Part shown: positions 55,872 to 64,000 of the stretch, in pieces | Layout: each line of letters opens with the position of its first letter | Numbering within the stretch: position 1 is the first letter of the stretch | Virus record (IMG/VR): IMGVR_UViG_3300027806_000003 | Location: 15,355 to 79,354 of that record | Reading direction: 5' to 3' (one strand) | DNA from: a virus | DNA: 64,000 nt | The notes under the pieces: generated by a model | The model's database searches: none | What the model saw: only the letters and a program-made list of their open reading frames with translations | Told to the model about the DNA's origin: nothing | Position numbers and translations under genes: made by a program

Positions 55872-56515
55872 CGGCGGTCCTCGCGGTTGGCGCTGTAAAC
55901 GCGGTCCTCGTGTCGGTGTGCGGGCTCGAGATACGGCAGGCCCAGGAGGTCGAACGCGACGGCCTCGCTCGGCACGGCGATCCGAACCCCGCGGCGGTCG
56001 TGCGGAAACCCCTCGCGGCTCTTGAGGCCTCGGTTCTGCAGGCGGAACATCGCGGCCTTGCCGAACTCCGCCGGCCCCGTCCTGATCAGCTCGATCCAGC
56101 CGCGGTTGCCCTGCGGTCCTGGCCAGAATCGGTGGATCTGGATCGGCAGCAGCGCCGGCTTGGGGCTCTTGAGCTCGAGCAAGAGGTTGCACATGCCGAA
56201 GCCGGGCTTGAGGCCCTTGACGGCCGTGCCCAGCCTCGTGTCTCGTGCTGGTTCCTCCGCGGGGTAGAAGTGCTCGCTGAGCACGGCGTACAGCGCGTCA
56301 GCCTCCATGGGCCTGCCCTGGGCGTCGAGCGCCGGCCTGGGCGCGATGTAGTCGAGGTCGCCGGCCACCGGGAGGCCGCGGCGGAGACTGCCGACCGTCG
56401 CGACCATGGCAGCGCCGCCCTCGGCGTCTGGAGTCAGCTCGCGAAGCCCGAGCGTGCCGCGGAGGTGGTTATCGACCTTGCGGAGATAGTCGGCATCGAA
56501 TCGCGGTCCGTTCAT
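55868..56515 (-). CDS. Minimal family X DNA polymerase/nucleotidyltransferase
   Basis: VGSLRR...GDLD, RTGP.EF and E...F.LLGLPYLEP.HR. Confidence 0.85.
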   Translation of the reverse strand: MNGPRFDADYLRKVDNHLRGTLGLRELTPDAEGGAAMVATVGSLRRGLPVAGDLDYIAPRPALDAQGRPMEADALYAVLSEHFYPAEEPARDTRLGTAVKGLKPGFGMCNLLLELKSPKPALLPIQIHRFWPGPQGNRGWIELIRTGPAEFGKAAMFRLQNRGLKSREGFPHDRRGVRIAVPSEAVAFDLLGLPYLEPAHRHEDRVYSANREDRR

Positions 56516-56919
56516 GAGGTTGCTCCTGCGGCCCTCTTGACCGCGAACGCCAGCGGTGCCTCGATCCGCACCTTGCCGGCCTTGCCCTTGGGCCACCAAC
56601 GCACGACGAGCGTCTTCTTGGTTCCGGCCTCGGCAAGCGCGGCCATGTCCTTCGCGCTGATGGTGATCTCGACCGGATCCCCGGCGCTGACCGTGACGCT
56701 CAGGCTTGTCTGGCGGTGCAGGCCGTACAGCTCGCGGATCTTGGACTCCAGCGCTGGGTCCGCGTGGCGGCCGTTGGCGTTATCTTCGATCGCTGAGAGC
56801 CTCGCCTCGCGGATCTCCAACAGCCTCGCGGCCTGCTCGAGAGTGAAGCCGCACTGCTCGCGAAGCGTGCGGAGCTCTGCGCCGATGCGGATGTGCTCCT
56901 GGCGGTGCTCCATGCTCAC
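56512..56919 (-). CDS. XRE HTH fused to a CsrA-like domain
   Basis: LRTLREQCGFTLEQAA..L.I; C-terminal L.V...GD.VEI...GKVRIEAP...VKR. Confidence 0.55.
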   Translation of the reverse strand: MSMEHRQEHIRIGAELRTLREQCGFTLEQAARLLEIREARLSAIEDNANGRHADPALESKIRELYGLHRQTSLSVTVSAGDPVEITISAKDMAALAEAGTKKTLVVRWWPKGKAGKVRIEAPLAFAVKRAAGATS

Positions 56920-58709
56920 TTGCGCACCTTGCCCTTCACCGGCTTCGCGGGCTTGGCGGCCTTGGCGGCGGGAGCCTGTGCGGGCTCGGCGGCGGTGGGG
57001 GCATCCACCCAGCCCTTCGGCCTGGCGATCTTCTTGGAGTCGATCAGCTTCTGGAGCGTGGCCTGGCGGATGACCTTCTCGTCCACCGCCGGCGGGAGCG
57101 GCGCGGCGATGTTCAGGGCCTTGCGGAGGGCGTCGCGCTTGTCGAAAGCGTTGTCTGTGTCGGCGAGCAGTTCTGCGATCGCCTCCACGATGCTCTCCGG
57201 GCTGGAGGTCGTCGACTTGGCCTTCATCGCGATTTTGCCCAGCTCGCCGATGTCCGGCTCCGCGATCAGCCGGAGGCGTTGCTGCCAGTGGGCTTGGCTC
57301 AGGGGTGCGTACCTGTTGTACTTGGGCTTCTTCGCCAGCAAGGTGTCGGAGAAGCTGCTCTCGAAGAGCATCACCGTCATCGCGGTCGCGACCTCCGGCC
57401 GTGCCGTCAGAGCGGCCTCGACGTACGGCATGTACTGCTCGACGCGCTCGTGGTTCGCATTCCTGATCGCGTCATTGACGCGGTAGTTGACCTCGTACTC
57501 GGGCAGGTAGTTCGTCTCCGAGCGATCGGCCGAACGTTCTGCGGCCTTGACGCTCTTTTCGGCGCGTCGGATCCTGGCGGCGGAGAGTGCGGCCTCGGCG
57601 CTGACGCCCGCGGGGACTAGACGGCTCTCCTGCAGCATCTTGATGTTCAGCGGGGCCTCGGTCTTCTCGACCGCGTTGACGATCGCCGTCGCCGCGGTCT
57701 TCAGGGCCTTCTCCGCCGCGGCGGCTTTCGCCTTGTAGCACGTCGGGTTCCCGCAGTACGGCCCGTCGTCGTCCTTCGAGCGCCTGCCTGTCCCGCCGTC
57801 CATCTTGTCGTACAGGTCGCCGGCGGCTGGCAGTTCGCCCTTGCCTCCGAACAGCTGCATGTCGTTGGCGCTGTTGGCCGGGCAGGTGTTGCACGCGGGG
57901 GCTTGAACCCCGGGCACGTTCACGGCCTTGTCCCAGGCGACGTCGGCGAGGCTGAGCATGCGGCGCGTCACCAGGTCCTTGACCTGGTCGAGCTCCATCG
58001 GCAGGCGTCCGGGCTCCTCGGCCGCGGCCTGGCGAGCGATGTCCTCGCGAACCTTCGCATCGGCGAGCCTGGCGATCACCCGGGCGTGCGTCGCCGGCAA
58101 TTGGCCCGAGCGGATCAGCTCGCGGATCGGCTTGCTCATCCGCGCGATGTACAGGTGGTCTCGGACCCAGCGCTCGCTCTGGCCGAGCCTGGCGGCGATC
58201 GCGGCGACCCGCTCATCGTCGGGGACCAGGTCGGGGTTTCTGTCGTAGAGCTCGCATACCGCGTCTGCTTTCTCTATGTCGCTCAGCGCCTCGCGGTGGA
58301 GGTTCTCGGTGAGCCTCGCGTCCGCGTCCGAAACGTCCGCCGGCACGACGACGGCGTTGATGTGCGTCCACTTCAGCATGTTCGCGGCCCGCATGCGGCG
58401 GAACCCGAAGACGAGCTCGTATGAGGCGAGTGCTCCGCCCTGGGTCTTGCGCTTGTCGTCGGGCAGGCGGCGAACCCCGACGGGCTGAAGCTGGCCCAGG
58501 CGGTGCATGGTCTCGGCCAGTTCATTCAGCGCCGTCGCTCCCTGCGGCGTGTCGTACGACCTGGCGTCGCGGTCGTTCTTCATCTCATCGACGATGATGT
58601 CGGCGATCGCGATCGACGCGGGCTCGGCGGTGCGGTATCCGCCGGCGTAAGGGATGCTCGGCGGCAGTGCGGCGGCGGCGGGCTCGGGCTTTGTGGCGGT
58701 CTTCGGCAT
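56916..58709 (-). CDS. ParB/Spo0J-family protein
   Basis: GQLQPVGVR, GFRRMRA, ENLHRE.LS.IE.A and HTH; CxxC...CxxxxC. Confidence 0.88.
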   Translation of the reverse strand: MPKTATKPEPAAAALPPSIPYAGGYRTAEPASIAIADIIVDEMKNDRDARSYDTPQGATALNELAETMHRLGQLQPVGVRRLPDDKRKTQGGALASYELVFGFRRMRAANMLKWTHINAVVVPADVSDADARLTENLHREALSDIEKADAVCELYDRNPDLVPDDERVAAIAARLGQSERWVRDHLYIARMSKPIRELIRSGQLPATHARVIARLADAKVREDIARQAAAEEPGRLPMELDQVKDLVTRRMLSLADVAWDKAVNVPGVQAPACNTCPANSANDMQLFGGKGELPAAGDLYDKMDGGTGRRSKDDDGPYCGNPTCYKAKAAAAEKALKTAATAIVNAVEKTEAPLNIKMLQESRLVPAGVSAEAALSAARIRRAEKSVKAAERSADRSETNYLPEYEVNYRVNDAIRNANHERVEQYMPYVEAALTARPEVATAMTVMLFESSFSDTLLAKKPKYNRYAPLSQAHWQQRLRLIAEPDIGELGKIAMKAKSTTSSPESIVEAIAELLADTDNAFDKRDALRKALNIAAPLPPAVDEKVIRQATLQKLIDSKKIARPKGWVDAPTAAEPAQAPAAKAAKPAKPVKGKVRK

Positions 58710-58774
58710 GCGGGGCTCCTGTGGGTGTGGGGGCGAATCCCGCCGGCGGCCTTGCGGACGCCGGCGAGGTGTGG

Positions 58775-59173
58775 TCAGCGGGGAGCGTCGGTGAGGGTCG
58801 GGTTGGCAGGATTGCGACGCTCAGAAAACGCGCCGAGCGGCTTGGTCAAGTCCGGCCACTCGGCCCAGTACCCGATGCCACGCTCGCCCATGTGGCTGCG
58901 CTGCTCATCGGTCAGGGCCTCGCACAGCGGGATCTCGAACGTGTTCGAGCTCGCTCGCATGATCGCGGCTTCGTGCGGCTGGGTCGTGTCGAGCCACGTG
59001 TGAACAACGACCTTCCTGTACTCGCCCTCCGGGCCGATGTGCGGCCCGCTGCTGCTGATGACGACGCCCGGCCGCGGCCCTTCCCACTCGGCCCCGAAGA
59101 CGAGGACGATCCGGCCTGTCGAAACCTCCCGCTTGCTGAAGATGCTGCTCTGCTCTGCGTTCTGCTCTGGCAT
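58775..59173 (-). CDS. Hypothetical protein
   Basis: AGGAG RBS. Confidence 0.65.
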   Translation of the reverse strand: MPEQNAEQSSIFSKREVSTGRIVLVFGAEWEGPRPGVVISSSGPHIGPEGEYRKVVVHTWLDTTQPHEAAIMRASSNTFEIPLCEALTDEQRSHMGERGIGYWAEWPDLTKPLGAFSERRNPANPTLTDAPR

Positions 59174-59257
59174 GTGCTACTCCTGAGTGTGCTTGCGGCC
59201 ACGCGCCGCCGAATCCCTCGCCGCGGGCTTTCGCCTGCGGCGGGGAGGAGAGAGAGA

Positions 59258-60478
59258 TCAGCGGGACTTGGCGGGCTTCTTCGCGGCCTTCTTCTTGGCC
59301 GGCTTCTTGGGCTTCTCGGTGGGCGAGGCCTCGGGCTCCGCGGCAGGCGTGAAGGGCACGCGGCGATCCTCGGGCCAGCCCATCATGATGTGAAGCTCGG
59401 CGACTCCGAAGAGCGTCTCGAACGCGTCCTGGTTGCGGGCGAAGATGCGCAACAGGGCGTTCCACATCCGCTCGCCTCCGGAGAGGCGCAGGCGTTCGGC
59501 GATGATGGAGCCGAGGTGGCCCCAGACCTCCGAGTGCAGATCGGGGAGACTGGTGAGGATCGCCGGCGCATCGGCACTGGTCTCGAACACATGGCGGAGC
59601 TTGCGGATCAGGCGGTCGGGCGTGCCCAGGCCCCAGCTCGCAAGCTGGTCGAGCGCCTCCTGGACATCGTCCTCGTCGATGTTGTTGATCGCGGCCGGCC
59701 CCACGCTCGCGGTCCAGGGCACGGTCAACCAGGCGTGATCGAACCCCGCCTCTGCGAGCTCATCGCCGAGCCAGACCTCGGCGGTCGGGTCTGCGTCAGG
59801 CGCGGCGCCCTGGCTATCGGCGTCGTCGTCGTCGTCAGTCTGCTTCGGCTTTTCGATCGCCGGCAGGCGGATGTCGCCGCCCTTGATGTCCGTCGCGATG
59901 CCGCGGCGAGCGCAGAAGTCCGCGAGGCAGTCGCGTAGGTGGTCGAGTTGCTCCGGCGTGATCTCGCCGGCGAGCATGGCCTGCTTGACGGCCTGGCCCT
60001 CGTGCTGGTCCATGGCCTCTTTGACGGTGCGCATGCCGACTTTCAGCCATGCGGCCGAGTACATCTCGCCCATCAGGTCTCGCAGCTCAACGGCCTCCCA
60101 CGCCCGGGGGTCGGGCTTGAAGCCGTCGGCGAGCCCTCCATCGCACGCACGATCGACCAGGTCGAACAGGTCCTGCGTCATCTTCTTCGTCAGGTCGAGT
60201 TCGGATCGGCGCTGGCGATCGAGGTTCGTGAACGTTGCCTTTGCGCGGCGGAGGTCCATCGCGATGCCGGCGACGCGCTCGAGGAGTGCGGGGTCTGCGT
60301 GGGCGTCCTTCTCCTCGGGGAGCTCGTCGAGCGACTTGCTCAGCGTCTCCTCGCGGTCCTTCACCGCGCCCTTTGCCTGGTTCCAGTCCTCCTCCATCTC
60401 GGCGACGCGGGCCTGGCTGGCCTTCACTCCGTCGCGAAGGGTGATGATGCGGATCGTCGTGGTTGCGTCGAAAGCCAT
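59258..60478 (-). CDS. Hypothetical protein (N-terminal coiled coil, Lys/Ala tail)
   Basis: AGGA RBS; coding-like composition. Confidence 0.7.
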   Translation of the reverse strand: MAFDATTTIRIITLRDGVKASQARVAEMEEDWNQAKGAVKDREETLSKSLDELPEEKDAHADPALLERVAGIAMDLRRAKATFTNLDRQRRSELDLTKKMTQDLFDLVDRACDGGLADGFKPDPRAWEAVELRDLMGEMYSAAWLKVGMRTVKEAMDQHEGQAVKQAMLAGEITPEQLDHLRDCLADFCARRGIATDIKGGDIRLPAIEKPKQTDDDDDADSQGAAPDADPTAEVWLGDELAEAGFDHAWLTVPWTASVGPAAINNIDEDDVQEALDQLASWGLGTPDRLIRKLRHVFETSADAPAILTSLPDLHSEVWGHLGSIIAERLRLSGGERMWNALLRIFARNQDAFETLFGVAELHIMMGWPEDRRVPFTPAAEPEASPTEKPKKPAKKKAAKKPAKSR

Positions 60479-60530
60479 TGCGTGGTTCCTGCTCGGTGTG
60501 GTGTGTCGCCGGCCGCACGGCCGGCGTGCG

Positions 60531-62030
60531 TCAGGCCTTGGCGGCCGTCGGTTGCTGAGTTGTGTTGGTCGGCGCGGTAAACGCGGTGTGCTCGGCGAAG
60601 TCGAGCAGCTCGCGGCGGCCGTCCCTTATGCCCCAGCGGGCTGAGATGCGTTTGCCCTTGAACGACTCGATCGAGGTGCTGAAGGTGAACATGTCACCGG
60701 CCTCGGTTCTGACCTTGAAGAGCACCCAGGCCTGCCCTTTCGCCGTCGTGCCGTTCTTCACGGCTTGGACCTCCATCACGGTGAGGATGCCCGTCTGCTC
60801 GCCCTTCTTGGCGGCCGGCTGTTCATCGCGCTGGCGCTCGGCCCTCGCGGCGGCGTCGGCGGCATCGGCGGCGGAGCCTCGGGCACGCGTGGGCTTGGGC
60901 TTCGTCGGCGCTGCTGGTGTCTCCCGGCCGGGCTGCGCGGTCGGGGGTTGCGGAGTGGGGGGCGGAGGCGGTGTAGATGCAGCCGGAGCCGACTCACCAC
61001 GGGTGGGGGTCTCGGCGACGGGGGCGGTCGTGGTGGCGGAGGCCTTGGCGGCGGGCTTCGGGGCCGGCAGGTCCGCGGGCTTGCGGCCCGCGGCCTGGTG
61101 CTGCTGAAGCAGCTCGATCATGCGGAGGCACTCGTCAGGCTCCGCTTTGCGCGCGGTCAGGTCGATGCCGATCTGTGCGCCCAGGCAGTGGACGATTCGG
61201 CGGACCTCGGCGTTGATCTCGTCCACCGTGCCTGGCATCTGCCCGGCCCACTGCTTGACCGCCTGGACGAGTCGTGGCGCTGGGAGCAGCCGATCGTCCA
61301 CCCCGACCGGGCGAGGGGCGGGGTCGATGACCTCGGCTCCGTCCCTCAGCCAGCCGATCAGCCGCCGGCCGAACGCCTCGTCGGGCTTCTCCATCATTTC
61401 GTTGTGCAGATCGCTCCAGCGTGTCTTCGTCACCGTCATGATGGCCCCGTCCATCTTGACGCCGATGTCGAACTCGTACTCCATGCCGTCGCGCTGGATC
61501 GGAGCCATGCCAAGCCGACGCACGGTGGTCTTGCCGTCGACGACCTCCTGGACGTGCTCCATCTTCTCTCGCAGCGTGACCAGCAGGTGGCACTTGCAAC
61601 GGAGCATGGTCTCGACGAACTGGTTGTGCAGCGGCGTGACCTCGCGCCAGGCGGTGAAGCCCTTCGGGTCGCCGCTCTTGGTCCGGGCTCGATCGACGCG
61701 GTCGAGCGCTCCGTCCTTGCCCGACCAGGCGTGCGTGGCGGAGTCGATGATGATCACACCGTATCCCGCGGCCTCCGCGGCCTCGATCGCCTTGCAGTAC
61801 TCGCTCGGGCTGAATGAGGTGAGGTTGACCTGGTCAAACTTGAACCTGTCGGCGTAGAGCGAAGACGAGTAGTTCTCGGTGTCGATGAACGCGATCGGCT
61901 TGCCGATCGCCTCCGAGATGCCCGTGGCGATCCGCAGGGCGGAGTAGGTCTTGCCGCTGTTGGTCGCGCCCGACAGCACCATGCGGAGCAGGCGCTGAGA
62001 CTTCTGTGCGGGCTTGAAGACGTACGTCAT
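60531..62030 (-). CDS. AAA_24/Sak4-like ATPase with Pro-rich linker
   Basis: GATNSGKT, IDTE, IIDS.TH.W and EYEFD motifs. Confidence 0.85.
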   Translation of the reverse strand: MTYVFKPAQKSQRLLRMVLSGATNSGKTYSALRIATGISEAIGKPIAFIDTENYSSSLYADRFKFDQVNLTSFSPSEYCKAIEAAEAAGYGVIIIDSATHAWSGKDGALDRVDRARTKSGDPKGFTAWREVTPLHNQFVETMLRCKCHLLVTLREKMEHVQEVVDGKTTVRRLGMAPIQRDGMEYEFDIGVKMDGAIMTVTKTRWSDLHNEMMEKPDEAFGRRLIGWLRDGAEVIDPAPRPVGVDDRLLPAPRLVQAVKQWAGQMPGTVDEINAEVRRIVHCLGAQIGIDLTARKAEPDECLRMIELLQQHQAAGRKPADLPAPKPAAKASATTTAPVAETPTRGESAPAASTPPPPPTPQPPTAQPGRETPAAPTKPKPTRARGSAADAADAAARAERQRDEQPAAKKGEQTGILTVMEVQAVKNGTTAKGQAWVLFKVRTEAGDMFTFSTSIESFKGKRISARWGIRDGRRELLDFAEHTAFTAPTNTTQQPTAAKA

Positions 62031-62078
62031 CGGTGCTCCTGGTCTCGTGGCGTTGTGGGGTGGTGTCGCAGCGGGCGC

Positions 62079-62378
62079 TCAGCTCGCCCGGCGGGCCTGG
62101 GCGGTCTCAAGCTCGCGTGTCAGGTAGAGGAGACGATCGGCCTGCATCTGTGCGGTGCGGGCTCGCGCGTCGCTCTCAGCTTGGATCTGGCGCACCTGCT
62201 GCTCGAGCTTGTTGACGCTCTCGAGCGCGTCGGCCTGCAGTTCAGCAAGCTCACGGCGCGTCGCTTCAAGCTCGCCGGCTCCCCGGAACCAGCCGAGCGT
62301 GTACCCGACTCCGAAGCTGGCGGCCAGCACGCCGCTGACTGCGAAGAAGATGAGCAGGGGTTCGAGGTTCGGCATCAT
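62079..62378 (-). CDS. TM + coiled-coil protein
   Basis: Hydrophobic N-terminus; GGAG RBS. Confidence 0.6.
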   Translation of the reverse strand: MMPNLEPLLIFFAVSGVLAASFGVGYTLGWFRGAGELEATRRELAELQADALESVNKLEQQVRQIQAESDARARTAQMQADRLLYLTRELETAQARRAS

Positions 62379-62806
62379 CGGTTGTCTCCGTTGTGAGGTG
62401 CGGTGGGGTCGCCGAGTGCGGCGATCGCGAGGCTGATTGAGTGGTGGTTGCCGGGCTTCCAGGCGTCGGCGTGCCAGTGCGCCCTGGCGAAGGCGACGAA
62501 CGCGGCAAGGTCGGCGGTGGCGCGGGCGTAGGCCGGCTCGAGCTCCTGCTCGTCGAGGACGGCCTCGGCCAGGACCATCTCGATCGACGTCGGCTCCGGC
62601 GCGCTGGCCGGCATCGGCGGCGCGGCGACCGATAACTGCGTGGGTGAGGGCGTGGTGGGGTCAGAGAGGCTGTACAAGGTTGGGCCTCGCGGGGTCGGTT
62701 TGGGGTGTGTGGGAGTGGGGAGGGCGACACTCAGACACCGGCGCTCAGATCGCGGCGGCGTTGGTGGTCGAAAGCCCCGGCGAGAACCGCCGGGGCTCGT
62801 GGTCAT
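62375..62806 (-). CDS. Hypothetical protein (start uncertain)
   Basis: ATGA coupling to the next gene. Confidence 0.4.
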   Translation of the reverse strand: MTTSPGGSRRGFRPPTPPRSERRCLSVALPTPTHPKPTPRGPTLYSLSDPTTPSPTQLSVAAPPMPASAPEPTSIEMVLAEAVLDEQELEPAYARATADLAAFVAFARAHWHADAWKPGNHHSISLAIAALGDPTAPHNGDNR

Positions 62807-62809
62807 GCA

Positions 62810-63742
62810 TCAGGAGGCGGCGGCTCGCGTGCTCGCCAAGACTCGCGCGGCTTCGAAGGCGTCATCGCTCGGGACCGGCGCGTAGAGCTCGGTCGTGCGG
62901 CTGCTGCGATGTCCCAGCAGTGCCGCAGCCGCATCGAGGCCCGCCTTCGGGCGCACGGCCCTGGCCGCGGCGTGTCGGATCGCGTGCGTCGAGAATCGCT
63001 CAACACCGGCCTTCGCGCATGCCGAGTCGATCGCCCGCTGCAGCCACTGGCGGCTCCGCTTCTGCCCGCGAGGGTTCAACGGGCGGAACACATACTCGCC
63101 TCCGCTGGTTCGGAGTGCTCGCCTGACGGCCGTCAGCGCCGGCCCGACGAGGGGGATGAGGCGCGTGTGCCCCCGGTGGGCGTTTTTGTGCTGCCTCTTG
63201 GCGATGTACGCCTGGCGGCCCAGGTGCAGCTCGTCGCGGCGGAGCGTGAGCACTTCGCCGACCCTGCAGCCCGTCGCCGCCATGACCGCGACGACGTCGG
63301 CGTGGTGCTTGGGCATCAGCCCGACCAGGCGGCGGATCTGCTGGAGGCTCGGGACGTTCTTCTCCGCCGGCTTCCTGGCGGCGCTCTCCCTGGCGGCGAG
63401 GGGCAGGACGCTCAGCGCCGAAGCCGCGTCGGCGGCGGTCATGATCTCGCGCTCAACGGCCCAGCGGAGCATGCGCTGGACTCGGAGCGTCTGCTGGTTC
63501 GTGTAGCCGTGCGACCAGTCGCGCTTCGTGATCTGTTCATCTCGCCAGGCCTTGAGCGCCTTGGCCGTGATGTCCTCGGCCGCGGCCTTGTCGCCGAAGC
63601 TCTCGAGCAGGGCTCGCATGGTGCTTCGAATGTTCGCGGCCTCGCCGGTCGGTGAGCCATCGGCGCGGCGGTAGTACTTCTCGGCGTGCGCGCAGTACGT
63701 CACGACGAGCCGCTTGAGCGGCGTGCATTGCTTTGAGGGCAT
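62810..63742 (-). CDS. int: Tyrosine integrase
   Basis: TGCRVGE, HKN, HAIRH, LGH and Y; adjacent to a tRNA fragment. Confidence 0.93.
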   Translation of the reverse strand: MPSKQCTPLKRLVVTYCAHAEKYYRRADGSPTGEAANIRSTMRALLESFGDKAAAEDITAKALKAWRDEQITKRDWSHGYTNQQTLRVQRMLRWAVEREIMTAADAASALSVLPLAARESAARKPAEKNVPSLQQIRRLVGLMPKHHADVVAVMAATGCRVGEVLTLRRDELHLGRQAYIAKRQHKNAHRGHTRLIPLVGPALTAVRRALRTSGGEYVFRPLNPRGQKRSRQWLQRAIDSACAKAGVERFSTHAIRHAAARAVRPKAGLDAAAALLGHRSSRTTELYAPVPSDDAFEAARVLASTRAAAS

Positions 63743-63834
63743 GGGGGTGCCTCGATGTCGCGCGAGACTGAGTTCGTCGTCTGGGCCTCGCGCGGGCTCC
63801 GGCGGCGGCCGAGTTGCTAAGGCTCGGCGACACC

Positions 63835-63862
63835 ACTTTACGTTTCCGCGGCCCGCTGTCAA
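63835..63862 (-). promoter_or_regulatory. Putative sigma70 promoter for int/early operon
   Basis: TTGACA-16-TAAAGT. Confidence 0.5.
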
Positions 63863-63951
63863 GCCCGAGAAGATCGAGGCTGGTAGTATGTGCGGGCGCG
63901 GCGATGGCCACGGCTGGCAGCCTCGTGACGCTGAGGATCAGACAACGGCGC

Positions 63952-63998
63952 TCAGATTCCCAAGCTGAATGTCGGGAGTTCGATCCTCCTCGCCCGCT
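63952..63998 (+). other. att core: 3' half of tRNA-Gly(CCC)
   Basis: TT-CCC-AA-GCTGA, T-arm with GTTCGA, acceptor strand CGCCCGC-T; no D-arm or 5' acceptor strand upstream. Confidence 0.85.
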
Positions 63999-64000
63999 TT

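Larger units (their letters stand above)
27600..63998. mobile_element. Temperate siphophage 2 (tRNA-Gly integrating)
   Basis: Complete order int, early, replication, packaging, head, tail on the minus strand, ending at an att fragment. Confidence 0.88.

Noticed and set aside
63890-63998. Complete tRNA-Gly gene
   Set aside because: GCGGGCG at 63892 is too far upstream, there is no D-arm, and the anticodon stem is mismatched.

Overview
The window is GC-rich and entirely phage-derived; no host housekeeping gene is recognisable. It holds two different lambdoid temperate phages, both coded mainly on the minus strand. The gene families and integrase N-termini suggest a Planctomycetota host (inference). 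Phage 1 (1 to about 27.6 kb) carries a capsid gene cut by the left edge, a capsid cement protein, an S49 protease/scaffold, portal, Nu1/GpA-type terminases, a primase-helicase, a tyrosine integrase, a C5 DNA methyltransferase, a CII-like protein and an XRE repressor. Its attP (3' half of tRNA-Asn with arm repeats on both sides) lies intact in the middle of the genome. Phage 2 (about 27.6-64 kb) runs nearly complete from tail tip through tape measure, tail tube, protease-capsid fusion, portal, terminase, ParB-methyltransferase, initiator/loader with iterons and early genes (J-domain, RecU, HD, minimal PolX, HTH-CsrA-like, ParB, AAA) to an integrase. It ends at a 3' tRNA-Gly fragment (att). The most unusual signals are: an apparent cointegrate of an excised phage 1 with phage 2 (or an assembly chimera); an attP placed so that integration cuts the primase off from the early operon; an exact 61-bp antisense copy of integrase sequence inside a late gene; and REP-like palindromes read in the same frame inside four ORFs. 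All product calls come from motif recognition by eye, without database searches.
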